Part shown: one piece after another, positions 24,770 to 36,554 of the stretch
Layout: each line of letters starts with the position of its first letter
Numbering within the stretch: position 1 is the stretch's first letter
Origin: Pristiophorus japonicus
Taxonomy: Eukaryota
Assembly (NCBI RefSeq): GCF_044704955.1
Contig: NC_091999.1
Coordinates: forward strand, 5,518,001 to 5,582,000
Length of the DNA stretch: 64,000 nt
Reading direction: 5' to 3'
Position numbers and translations under genes: made by a program
The notes under the pieces: model-generated
What the model was told of the DNA's origin: nothing
Databases searched by the model: none
Seen by the model: only the letters and a program-made list of their open reading frames with translations

Positions 24770-26960
24770 AATGTAACGACATAAGAAATAGAAACAGGAG
24801 TAGGCCATTCGGACCCGCGAGCCTGCGCTACCCTTGAATTAGATCATGGCTGACAATGTACCTCAATTCCACTCTCCAGCACTGTCCACATATGCCTTGA
24901 TTCCCTTACTATTCAAAAACCGATTGATCTTTGTCTTGAATATACTCAAAGACTGGGCCTCCACAGTCCTCGGGTGTTGAGAATTCCAAAGGTTCACCAC
25001 ATTCTGAGTGAAGAAGTTTCAGTCCTAAACGGTAGACCCCTTATTCTGAGACTGTCATCTCTGGTTCTAGACTCCCCGGGCAGAAGTAACATCCGCCCAG
25101 CATCTACCCTGTCTAGCCCTGTAAGAATGTTGTCTGTTTCAATGAGATCACCTCTCATTCTTCTAACGCTAGAGAATATCGGCATAGTCTGCTCAATCTC
25201 ACCTCACAGGACAATTTCCCCATCCCAGGTATCAGCCTGGTGAACCTTCGTTGCACTCCCTCTATGGTAAGTATTCTTCCTTAGGTAAGGAGACTAAAAC
25301 TGTACACAATACTCCAGGTGCGGTCTCACCAGAACCCTATATAATTGCAGTAAGACCTCTTTACTCTTATACTTTAATCCTCTTGTAATAAAGGCCAGTA
25401 TATGATTTGCTTTCTTAATTGCTTGCTGTGCCTGCATGTTAACTGTCAGTGAACACAACATTTCCCAATCTCTCAGCATTTAAAAATAAGTCTGCTTTTC
25501 TATTTTTTCTACCAAAGTGGGTAGCTTCACTTTTCACCATGTTATTTTCTATTTGCTACGCTCTTGCCCATTCACTTAGCCTGTCTATATCCCCTTGAAG
25601 CCTGTTTGCATCCTCCTCACAACTTACATTCCCACATAGCTTTGTTTCATCAGCAAACTTGGATATATTACATTTGGTACCCTCATCCAAACCATTGAGA
25701 TAGATTGTGAACAGCTGGGGCCAAAGCACCAATGCTTGCGGTACCCCATTAGTTACAGCCTGCGAACCCCAAAATGACCCATTTATTCCTACTCTCTGTT
25801 ATCTGTCCGGTAACTAATCGTCAGTCTATGCTGGTATTTAACCCCCAACCCCATGAGCCCTAATTTTGTTTAATAACCTCTTGTGTAGCACCTTATCAAA
25901 TGAGAATCCAAATACACCACATTCTCTGATCCCCGTTATCTATTCTACGAGTTACAACCCCAAAAACCAGATTTGTCAAGCACGATTTCTCTTTCATAAA
26001 TCCGTGTTGATTCTGCCCAATCCTATTATTATTTTGTATGCACCCCTGTCACCACGACCTTCATAATAGAATCTAGCATTTTACCTACGACTAATGTTAG
26101 GCTAATTGGTGTGTAATTTCCTGTTTTTTCTCTCCCTCCTTTCTTAAACAGCGGGCTTACATTTGCTACCTTCCAATCTGTGGGGACCGTTCTATAATCT
26201 ATGGAATTTTTGAAGATTACAACCAATCCATTTACAATATCTATAGCTCACTCTTTCAAAACCTTAGGATGTAGGGCATCAGTACCAGAGGATTTATCGG
26301 ATTTCACTCCCAATAATTTCTCCAGTACTATTTTTTAACTAATAGTAATTTTCAGTTCCTCATTCTCGCTGGACCCTTGGTTCTCCGGGATGTTTTTTTT
26401 GCGTTTTCTTCCGTGAAGACAGACACAAAGTATTTGTTTATTTTCTCTGCCATTTCCTTATTCCCCATTATAATTTCTCCTGTCTCAGACTGTAAGGAAC
26501 CCACATTTAATTTTGCTAATGTTTTCCTTTTTACTTACCTATTGAAGCTATTTGCAACTGTTTGTGTGTCTCTCACTAGTTTGCTCTCATATTATATTGA
26601 CCAATTTCCTGGTCCTTCTTTGCTGAATTCTAAAACCCACCCACATCCTCAGGCTTAATGGTCTTTTTGGCAAAATTCTAAGCCTCTTCCTTTGATCTAA
26701 TACTATCTTTAACTTCTCTTGTTAGCCACGGTTGGACCACTTTCCTTATGGGATTTTGGTGCCTTAAAGGAATGCATGTTTGTTGTAATTTATATATTCA
26801 TTCTTTACATACCGTCATACCATTTAATGTTGTTTCCCAAATTACCTTAGTCCACTCGCCCCATATCCTACATAGTTTCCTTTGTTTGTATTTAAGACCC
26901 TAGTTTCGGATTTAACTAAATCGATTTCAAACTCAATATAAAATTCTACCATATTATGGA
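24770..26960 (-). mobile_element. CR1 LINE, ~2.2-kb degenerate ORF2
   Basis: DWKVANVSPLFKKG..NY.PISLT and LVRPHLEYCVQF motifs; 3' tail at ~24780. Confidence 0.92.
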
Positions 26961-27009
26961 CACTGTTTGAAGACACCCGTTCTAATCCCCACCCTCAATA
27001 ATCTACTGT

Positions 27010-27930
27010 CGTGTCTCAGGATGCACTCACCAGACGTCCTTGTGTCCCCAGTGGTGCTGTGAGACTGGGAGGTGGTAAGCTGGCTGCCAGTGATTGAAAA
27101 CATGCTGAGGTGGGCTACAGTGGCCTTACAGAGGATTTGTTCCGCTTTTAGAGATCGGTGGTGTATTGGATCAATAATAATAGACCCAGGTTCGGGATCT
27201 GGATGAATGTTAAATAAGAGACAAGACAAGTGAAGTAAAGAATAAAACACCGTTTACTGAGAGAAAAGAAACATTAATAATACAGTTTATGAAGAAAAGA
27301 GAAGTATGATAAGATGCAACAATGCTCATGGCCTTCTGCCCATCGGGAACTCCACAAGCGACGGCTGGTCTGGAGCATTGGGGGTCCCGGCACTGCTCGC
27401 GAATCACGGTCCAAGGTGAAGTTCAAAGACAGTGCTGTAACTTTATACTATCAAATAAAAATGCTATTGAACAAAACATGGGTGCATATGGCTTATGGCC
27501 AACTCCTAATCTGTAAGGCCCCAGGTGCTTGTCCACAAAGCATGACACCTCGAACCGTGGACTGTCTCATAACAAGCTGGTGTTCATCTCAAGGTCGCTT
27601 CCCTCTCTCTCTCGAAATAGCAACAACATTCTACGGGACATTGGAGCAGAGACACTCTATGCATGACTAAATATCATAACGAACCCTATGTGATTAACCC
27701 CATACAATACAGGTGGTGGGAATGAAATCCTTGTCTGGTTATTGTAAACAGGAAGCACCGGGTTATGATGGGTTTGGTTTATTCCAGTATCAATTCGTTC
27801 TCAAGAATTCCATTCGCCTTACTGTCCGGACGCTGGTAAACTTTGCTCCGGTGAGGTCTCCCTCAGGGGTCAGTGAACTAACAATCACTCAGTTTATCAG
27901 AGTGATTTATAGACCTGTGACATTAGATCC
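27010..27930. pseudogene. Possible heavily degraded antigen-receptor V relics
   Basis: Fragmentary motifs only: (-) LTTSQ..GDT...CILR; (+) VTL..., KAP, GRFPLS; (+) GVSELTITQ. Confidence 0.25.
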
Positions 27931-27939
27931 ATGATCGTT

Positions 27940-28215
27940 AGAACATAAGAACATAAGAAATAGGAGCAGGAGTAGGCCAAAGGGCCCCTCGAGCCTGCTC
28001 CGCCATTTAATACGATCATGGCTGATCCGATCATGGACTCAGGTCCACTTCCCTGCCCTCTTACCATAAACCGCTGACTCCCTTATCGGCTAAGAAACTG
28101 TCTACCTCCGCCTTAACTTTATTCAATGACCCAGCTTCCACAGCTCTCTGAGGCTGCGAATTCCCCAGATTTACAACCCTCTGAGAGAATAAGTTCCTCC
28201 TCATCTTTGCTGTTA
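27940..28215 (-). mobile_element. CR1 LINE 3' end
   Basis: AACATAAG repeats then GGAGCAGGAGTAGGCC. Confidence 0.88.
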
Positions 28216-28655
28216 ATGAACAAACGATTGAACAGACTTAAAGAATACATTCCCACTACAATTCAAACAGCGTTACAAGCACCGTCCCATTCTGTGATTT
28301 GCATTTACAATGCTGTTTAAATTGTATCTGATCATTTAGTTGTGGCTGTAATGAGTTCTTTGCTGATTTGCAAAGCGAGCGATTGGAGGGAGCAGGGCAT
28401 GAATGCATTTATGCAATTTAACCACTCACCTGCTTATTGCCCTGGAGCAGAGCGTGGGGAGTGGGTTCAAAGCCACTGGGTGAGGTGTGGGGCGGGTATC
28501 AAACCATCTAAGGTGAGGTTTACGGCGGGTAAAGAGACCCCCGTGTGAAGTGTATGGTGGATCAAAGCCCCCAGGCTGACGTGCAGGATGAAACAAACTG
28601 CTCCCCCCACCCCCGCCCAGGCTGAGGTGTAGGGCCGGTTCAGAACCCCCAGTGT

Positions 28656-29775
28656 GAATCATAGAATCATAGAAATTTACAGCACGGAAGGAGGCCATTT
28701 CGGCCCATGGTGTCCGCGCCGGCTGACAAAGAGCTACCCAGCCGAATCCCACTTTCCCGCTCTCGGTCTGTAGGTTACGACACTTCAGGTGCACATCCAA
28801 GTACTTTTTAAATGTGCTGAGGGTTTCTGCCTCTACCACCCTTTCAGGCAGTGAGTTCCACCCCAGACCCCCACCGCCCTCTGGGTGAAAACATTTTGCC
28901 TAAAATCCCCTCTAACCCTCTTACCAATTACTTTAAATCTATGCCCTGGTCGTTGACCCCTCTGCCAAGGTCCTTACTATTCACTTTATCTCGGCCCCTC
29001 GTAATTTTTGACACCCCATTAAGACTTCCCCTCGGCTTCCTCTGTTCCAAAGAAAATAAACCCAGCCTACGCAATCTTTCCTCATAGCTAAAATTCCTCA
29101 CTCCCGGCAGCATCCTCGTAAATCTCCTCTGCACCGTCTCTAGTGAAATCACATCTTTCCTGCATTGTGGTGACCAGAACTGCACGCAGTACTCCAGCTG
29201 TGGCCGGACCAGTGTCTTATACAGTTCAAGCATAACCTCCCTGCTCTTGTATTCTATGCCTCGGCTAATAAAGGGAATTATTCCTTATGCCACCGTAACT
29301 TCCTAGCATGTTAGCTTCACGGATTTGTTGACATGCACTCCAAGGTCCCTTTGTTCGTCTACAGTGTCCGACCAGTTAATGTTTATTTCCTTGTGCTTTT
29401 AGCCCTCCCGAAATGCAGTACCTCCCACTCCTCCGGTTTGAATTCCATTTGCCACTGTTCTGGCCGCCTAACCAGTTCATTGATCACTTCCTGCAGCGTA
29501 TAGCTTGTTTCGTCGTCATCAACCACACAGGCGATTTTTCTACATCTGCAAACTTCTTAATCATACCCTCAACATTCAGGTCTACATCATTGATATATAC
29601 CACAAAAAGCACGGGACCGAGTACTGAGCCAAGCCCAACTCCACTGGAAGCAGCCTGCCAGTCACTGAAACACCCATCAACCATCGCCCTTTGATTTCTG
29701 CCTCTCAGCCAATTCTGGATCCAGGTCTACCACTTTGCCTTGGATCCCATGAGCTTTTAATGTCGTAACAAGTCT
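28656..29775 (-). mobile_element. CR1 LINE fragment
   Basis: GSVLGPVLFVVYIND..KFAD and LVRPQLEYCVQFWSP; ATCATAGA tail repeats. Confidence 0.92.
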
Positions 29776-29879
29776 GGTGTACGGCGGGCTCAAATCGCCC
29801 AGGATGAGGTGGCGGGGCAGAGTGAGGGGTAGGCGGGTTCAGAGTCCACAGGTTCAGATAGAGGCTGGTTCAAAAACCC

Positions 29880-32780
29880 CAGGGTGGGTTCTGGGCTCCC
29901 GGGGTGAGGTGTAGGGTGAGTTCTGGGATCCCGGGGTGAGGTGTAGGGTGGGTTCTGGGCTCCCGGGGTGAGGTGTAGGGTGGGTTCTGGGCTCCCGGGG
30001 TGAGGTGTAGGGTGGGTTCTGGGCTCCCGGGGTGAGGTATAGGGTGAGTTCTGAGCTCCCGGGGTGAGGTGTAGGGTGAGTTCTGGGCTCCCGAGGTGAG
30101 GTGTAGGGTGGGATCTGGGCTCCCGGGGTGAGGTGTAGGGTGGGTTCTGGGCTCCCGGGGCGAGGTGTAGGGTGGGTTCTGGGCTCCCGGGGTGAGGTGT
30201 AGGGTGGGTTCTGGGCTCCCGGGGTGAGGTGTAGGGTGGGTTCTGGGCTCCCGGGGTGAGGTGTAGGGTGGGTTCTGGGCTCCCGGGGTGAGGTGTAGGG
30301 TGGGTTCTGAGCTCCCGGGGTGAGGTGTAGGTGGGTTCTGGGCTCCCGGGGTGAGGTGTAGGGTGGGTTCTGGGCTCCCGGGGTGAGGTGTAGGGTGGGT
30401 TCTGGGCTCCCGGGGTGAGGTGTAGGGTGGGTTCTGGGCTCCCGGGGTGAGGTGTAGGGTGGGTTCTGGGCTCCCGGGGTGAGGTGTAGGGTGGGTTCTG
30501 GGCTCCCGGGGTGAGGTGTATGGTGGGTTCTGGGCTCCCGGGTGGAGGTGTAGGGTGGGTTCTGAGCTCCCGGGTTGAGGTGTAGGGTGGGTTCTGGGCT
30601 CCCGGGGCGAGGTGTAGGGTGGGTTCTGGGCTCCTGGGGCGAGGTGTATGGTGGGTTCTGGGCTCCCGGGGCGAGGTGTAGGGTGGGTTCTGGGCTCCCG
30701 GTGTGAGGTGTAGGGTGGGTTCTGGGCTCCCGGGGTGAGGTGTAGGGTGGGTTCTGGGCTCCCGGGGTGAGGTGTATGGTGGGTTCTGGGCTCCCGGGTG
30801 GAGGTGTAGGGTGGGTTCTGAGCTCCCGGGTTGAGGTGTAGGGTGGGTTCTGGGCTCCCGGGGCGAGGTGTATGGTGGGTTCTGGGCTCCCGGGGCGAGG
30901 TGTATGGTGGGTTCTGGGCTCCCGGGGTGAGGTGTAGGGTGGGTTCTGGGCTCCCAGCGCGAGGTGTAGGGTGGGATCTGAGCTCCCGGGGTGAGGTGTA
31001 GGGTGGGTTCTGGGCTCCCGGGGTGAGGTGTAGGGTGGGTTCTGGGCTCCCGGGGTGAGGTGTAGCGTGGGCTCTGGGCTCCCGGGGTGATGTGTAGGGT
31101 GGGTTCTGGGCTCCCGGGGTGAGGTGTAGGGTGGGTTCTAGGCTCCTGGGGCGAGGTGTAGGGTGGGTTCTGGGCTCCCGGGGTGAGGTGTAGGGTGGGT
31201 TCTGGGCTCCCGGGGTGAGGTGTAGGGTGGGTTCTGGGCTCCCGGGGTGAGATGTAGGGTGGGTTCTGGGCTCCCGGGATGAGGTGTAGGGTGGGTTCTG
31301 GGCTCCCGGGGTGAGGTGTAGGGTGGGTTCTGGGCTCCCGGGGTGAGGTGTAGGGTGGGTTCTGGGCTCCCGGGGTGAGGTGTATGGTGGGTTCTGGGCT
31401 CCCGGGTGGAGGTGTAGGGTGGGTTCTGAGCTCCCGGGTTGAGGTGTAGGGTGGGTTCTGGGCTCCCGGGGCGAGGTGTATGGTGGGTTCTGGGCTCCCG
31501 GGGCGAGGTGTATGGTGGGTTCTGGGCTCCCAGCGCGAGGTGTAGGGTGGGATCTGAGCTCCCGGGGTGAGGTGTATGGTGGGTTCTGGGCTCCCGGGGT
31601 GAGGTGTAGGGTGGGTTCTGGGCTCCCGGGGCGAGGTGTAGGGTGGGTTCTGGGCTCCCAGCGCGAGGTGTAGGGTGGGATCTGAGCTCCCGGGGTGAGG
31701 TGTATGGTGGGTTCTGGGCTCCCGGGGTGAGGTGTAGGGTGGGTTCTGGGCTCCCGGGGTGAGGTGTAGGGTGGGTTCTGGGCTCCCGGGGTGATGTGTA
31801 GGGTGGGTTCTGGGCTCCCGGGGTGAGGTGTAGGGTGGGTTCTAGGCTCCCGGGGTGAGGTGTAGGGTGGGTTCTGGGCTCCCGGGGTGATGTGTAGGGT
31901 GGGTTCTGGGCTCCCGGGGTGAGGTGTAGGGTGGGTTCTGGGCTCCCGGGGTGAGGTGTAGGGTGGGTTCTGGGCTCCCGGGGTGAGGTGTAGGGTGAGT
32001 TCTGGGCTCCCGGGGTGAGGTGTAGGGTGGGTTGTGGGCTCCCGGGGTGAGGTGTAGGGTGGGTTGTGGGCTCCCGGGGTGAGGTGTAGGGTGGGTTCTG
32101 GGCTCCCGGGGTGAGGTGTAGGGTGGGTTGTGGGCTCCCGGGGTGAGGTGTAGGGTGGGTTCTGGGCTCCCGGAGTGAGGTGTAGGGTGGGTTCTGGGCT
32201 CCCGGGGTGAGGCGTAGGGTGGGTTCTGGGCTCCCAGAATGAGGTGTAGGGTGGGTTCTGGGCTCCCGGGGTGAGGTGTAGGGTGGGTTCTGAGCTCCCG
32301 GGTTGAGGTGTAGGGTGGGTTCTGAGCTCCCGGGTTGAGGTGTAGGGTGGGTTCTGGGCTCCCGGGGTGAGGTGTAGGATGGGTTCTGGGCTCCCGGGAT
32401 GAGGTGTAGGGTGGGTTCTGGGCTCCCCGGTTGAGGTGTAGGGTGGGTTCTGGGCTCCCGGGGTGAGGTGTAGGGTGGGTTCTGAGCTCCCGGGTTGAGG
32501 TGTAGGGTGGGTTCTGGGCTCCCGGGTTGAGGTGTAGGGTGGGTTCTGAGCTCCCGGGTTGAGGTGTAGGGTGGGTTCTGGGCTCCCGGGTTGAGGTGTA
32601 GGGTAGGTTCTGGGCTCCCGGGTTGAGGTGTAGGGTGGGTTTTGAGCTCCCGGGTTGAGGTGTAGGGTGGGTTCTGAGCTCCCGGGGTGAGGTGTAGGGT
32701 GGGTTCTGAGCTCTCGGGTTGAGGTGTAGGGTTGTATGAGAGCCCCCAGGTGAGATGTAGGGCGAGTTCAAAACTCAAGA
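29880..32780. repeat. G-rich 32-bp minisatellite, ~90 copies
   Basis: GGGGTGAGGTGTAGGGTGGGTTCTGGGCTCCC units; degenerate relatives at 28450-28655 and 29775-29880. Confidence 0.98.
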
Positions 32781-32899
32781 TTGAGGTGCAGGGCGGATTC
32801 CATCTAACCAGTATTCAACACCAGCAGGATCTGAAAAACTGTCTGTATGACTTTCACTCATATTAGAAAAGGACGGGGTGCATAAAAAAACAAATTACA

Positions 32900-33300
32900 G
32901 GTGACTGCGGTTTGTCTTTCACACCTTTAGCATCGATCTGCACCATTGGTAAAGTTAATGGCTCCAGAAATCAGATCTCAAGTTATGTACTTCATTCTCA
33001 TTTGAATATTCCTTCCCCATTCACTTCTGATACTTTGTCATGTCCACTGCTTAGTATCAGAAGCCAATGCTTCGATATTTTGATGTCTTTTTGGGACGAT
33101 TATTACCCGACGTACCGGCCCAGTCCATCGCGGGTTACAATTGTTAATCTATTCTTTCAGAAAGTGACACAAAGGTTGGAGAAAATGTTCCACTCACTCC
33201 CCAGGGTCTGAACCAACCAAAGAAATATTTTGATCTGACGCCGTCTGGTGGATGTTCTGAGAACTGTTTAGACGTAGCTGGACCGGGTGTGACAAAGGTC
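32900..33300 (+). pseudogene. Possible degraded TCR-type V relic
   Basis: TLSC-x16-W spacing (TLSCPLLSIRSQCFDILMSFW), KKYFDLT, and an upstream GTAAAG donor-like site. Confidence 0.25.
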
Positions 33301-33374
33301 CTCCACCAGCCTGTCACCGCCGCACAGCACTGCCCTCCAATCGTCAAGAGTCACGGCGCGTCCCTCGACAAGAT

Positions 33375-34100
33375 TTCCCATATCTCGGGAGCCTCTTATC
33401 AACAAAGGCAGACATTGATGCGGAGATTCAGCATCGCCTCCAGTGCGCCAGTGCAGCCTTCGGCCGTCTGAGGAAAAGAGTGTTCGAAGACCAGGCCCTC
33501 AAATCTGCCACCAAGCTCATGGTCTACAGGGCTGTAATGATACCCGCCCTCCTGTATGGATCTGAGGCATGGACCATGTATAGAAGGCACCTCAAGTCGT
33601 GGAGATATATCACCAACGATGTCTCCACAAGGTCCTGCAAATCCCCTGGGAGGACAGACGCACCAACATCAGTGTCCTCGACCAGGCCAGTATTGAAGCA
33701 CTGACCACACTCGATCAGCTCCGCTGGGCAGGCCACATAGTTCGCATGGCAGACACGAGACTCCCTAAGCAAATGCTTTATGCGGAGCTCCTTCGTGGTT
33801 TAACAAGCCAAAGAAGGACAGAGAAAACGTTACAAGGACACCCTCAAAGCCTCCCTGGTAGAGTGCGACATCACCACTGACACCTGGGAGATCCTGGCCG
33901 AAGACTGCCCGAGGTGGAGAAAGTGCATCCAGGAGGGCGATGAGCTCTTCGGGTCTCAATGCAAAGAGCGTGAAGAGGCCAAGCGCAGTCAGCGGAAGGA
34001 GCACGCGGCAAACCGGCCCCACTGACCCCTTCCCTTGACGAATGTCTGCCTCACCTGTAACCGGGTCTGTGGCTCTCGTATCGGACTGTTCAGCCATCAA
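33375..34100 (+). mobile_element. RTE-clade LINE 3' ORF fragment
   Basis: IDAEIQHRLQCASAAFGRLRKRVF...YRAVMIPALLYGSEAWT...QLRWAGHIVRM and a C-terminal C..C...SRIGLFSH motif. Confidence 0.9.
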
Positions 34101-34497
34101 AGAAACATAGAAACATAGAAAATAGGTGCAGGAGTAGGCCATTCGGCCCTTCGAGCCTGCACCGCCATTCAATGAGTTCATGGCTGAACATGCAACTTCA
34201 GTACCCCATTCCTGCTTTCTCGCCATACCCCTTGATCCCCCTAGTAGTAAGGACCTCATCTAACTCCTTTTTGAATATATTTAGTGAATTGGCCTCAACA
34301 ACTTTCTGTGGTAGAGAATTCCACAGGTTCACCACTCTCTGGGTGAAGAAGTTCCTCCGCATCTCGGTCCTAAATGGCTTACCCCTTATCCTTAGACTGT
34401 GACCCCTGGTTCTGGACTTCCCCAACATCGGGAACATTCTTCCTGCATCTAACCTGTCTAAACCCGTCAGAATTTTAAACGTTTCTATGAGATCCCC
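34101..34497 (-). mobile_element. CR1 LINE 3' end, tail-to-tail with RTE
   Basis: FFTQRVVNLWNSLP and (AAACATAG)n. Confidence 0.92.
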
Positions 34498-34767
34498 TGG
34501 TCTGCTTTCACCGATTTTTTTTTGAACGAATATGAAAATAGCACACACCTTACAGAGAGGCGGAGTTCTATCATTTCCGAAGGGACATTATTATTGAATG
34601 ATGTTCTCACAGGTGGATCCTAGCTGTGACAAACCTGCCGGCAGTTTCCGTGTGATGCTCTCGCTCTGACCCGCTTTGTCTGCCCTCTGTTGTTCGAGAG
34701 ATTACCGCTGTTCCCTGTATGGCGTTGGTTGGACCAGCAATGCAGTGGAGCGGGGATCTGTGCATTC

Positions 34768-35121
34768 TTTTTTTTGTTGAAATTCGTAGCCAATCGTTCC
34801 AATTCTTTGTCAAATCACAAACGCCAGAGGTCACCTTGCACACGCCAAGGATCACTCTGCGCCAATGCTCTTCGCCAAAAGGCCTAGAGCCACTGCACCG
34901 TTCCTGGAAGTACTGCAATACCAGGTTCGTGCCATGGAGGTGGATGGGTCAGGTCCCCCACACACCTCCGTGGAGGTGGATGGGTCAAGCCACCCCACCC
35001 ACCTCCTGTTTCCAAAAAAAGCAAGCATATACCTTCCTGATCCAGGGAGAACCACCCGGAGGTCATGGTGGCTACTCCCCTGTCAGGTCAGTTACGCATG
35101 ATCTTAGCCAAAAGGCCGAGA
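34768..35121 (-). mobile_element. Chimeric snRNA-derived element (U2 5' - U1 5' - U2 3' - U2 5'-like - A tail), SINEU-like
   Basis: rc(35099-35121)=TCTCGGCCTTTTGGCTAAGATCA (U2 5'). rc(35043-35093) resembles U1 5' arm. rc(34894-34926)=ACCTGGTATTGCAGTACTTCCAGGAACGGTGCA (U2 3'). A8 run at 34768-34775. Confidence 0.8.
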
Positions 35122-35167
35122 CAGAGCATTACCCGGACTGGAGAGTTACAGGCTGAGGGAGCTTCGT

Positions 35168-35628
35168 CTCACACCGCTCCTCATCATTATATCACTTCTC
35201 AGTGTGTATTTCGTTCCAAGTAAGAAAATCCATTAACCAGCTGACTGCTGCAATTCAGGTGGTTATTGGTGAAATGCTGCTTCTGATGAAGGTGAACATT
35301 ACTATTATTTTATATTCGAATGAAGTCACCAAGAAACAGCGGAACAACAGGTACCTGAAAATGACGGTACAAGCAGTAAATAATGTCACACTAACTTGCA
35401 CCGTGAAAACAAGATTACCCCAACACTTATGGGCTATGGTACACTCAGCACCCCACAGCAGACTCCACAGTGTGCGATGCATCACTATGGAGCGATAGTA
35501 AACCGAAACAACTACACCACTGTGATCGCTTCTCTTCTACGTTTAGCAAAAGCAGCAAGATTACCGAGCTAACGATCAGCATGGCCCTGATCTCCGACAC
35601 CGCCGTGTATTTCTGTGTCACAAGCCCC
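35168..35628 (+). pseudogene. TCR alpha/delta-type V pseudogene with leader remnant
   Basis: Leader-like LLIIISLLSVYFVP|GTAAG (donor 35220, no ATG). VTLTC (Cys at 35397), +1 frameshift, then LWYTQHP...DRFSSTFSKSSKITELTISMALISDTAVYFCVTS. Confidence 0.8.
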
Positions 35629-35629
35629 A

Positions 35630-35667
35630 AACAGCTGCCGAGGTACAGCGGACCCCGGACAATAACC
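35630..35667 (+). other. Degenerate 22/23-spacer recombination signal sequence
   Basis: AACAGCT (CAC lost) - 22 bp - ACAATAACC. Confidence 0.6.
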
Positions 35668-36515
35668 CACACTGAGAGTCCGAGTTGGTGCTCACCCGAG
35701 AACGCACCCACACCACTAAACAGAAGCGGAAATCCAGCCTCCAGAGTAAGAGTCACAGGGACCTTCTTAAAATTGCAACAAAACACACCACTCAACAACA
35801 ACAGGTGAGGCCCACTTGTGGGTTATATTAGTTGCTGAGTTCCGCTCGCATTAATAATGAAACATAATTTTGCTAAGGCATCTGCGGCGCCTTAACTCCC
35901 ATTTTTCCATTCGATGCACTCTCCGTTCTTGCCTGCCTCCTCTCGTCTCCTGCCTCCAGTCTTTACCTATAATCCTACGAACTTCCTTCCTCCAGTCTGT
36001 CGTTTAACGATTTAAAACATTTGCTGCTGCTCTGCACATTCATTCAGCACGGCTCCAGCCACGCTTCCCGTAACCAGGACCTGCAGACAGGTCAGTGAAT
36101 AAACACAGGGTTTCTCATCATCCCTCATCATCATCTGCACCTGTTTTCTATGTTTTCTAGGATAATTCAGGATTATCATCTTCTTCAACAGTTAACGAAA
36201 TCGTCATCAGTGAAATGGTTATAAACAGGGACTGAAACTGGCATTGGGAAATAGAACAACATTGCAACCACTCCCCGAGGTTCTGGAGGCGGACACATAA
36301 GGTACAGTTAATTAACTTGTGAAATTGTTAAACAGTAATGGGTTGTATTACATTAATGAGCATACATATCATTTAAAAAAACAATGTCACCACAATTTAT
36401 ATTGAGAAAGCGTCAGTCAGTATTGGTTGATGTAAAATGACCAGCGGTGGGAATCCGCGCTCTGTCAGCGGCACCTGGTTTAAAGTTTCTCCTTTGAGCT
36501 GATCTTATAGAACAC

Positions 36516-36554
36516 GGTTACTGTACGAGGGGTCCCGAGGCCCTTCTCGCTGTG
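36516..36554 (-). other. 23-bp-spacer recombination signal sequence
   Basis: CACAGCG (36554-36548) - 23 bp - ACAGTAACC (36524-36516). Confidence 0.88.

Noticed and set aside
31138-32778. 546-aa and 309-aa Pro-rich ORFs
   Set aside because: They are translations of the 32-bp minisatellite, with no splice or start context.
34894-35121. Functional U2 or U1 snRNA gene
   Set aside because: Only partial, rearranged segments; the branch-point pairing region and the rest of U1 are missing.
36105-36175. Hydrophobic leader-like stretch (SSLIIICTCFLCFL)
   Set aside because: No ATG, no GT donor and no V exon following on that strand.
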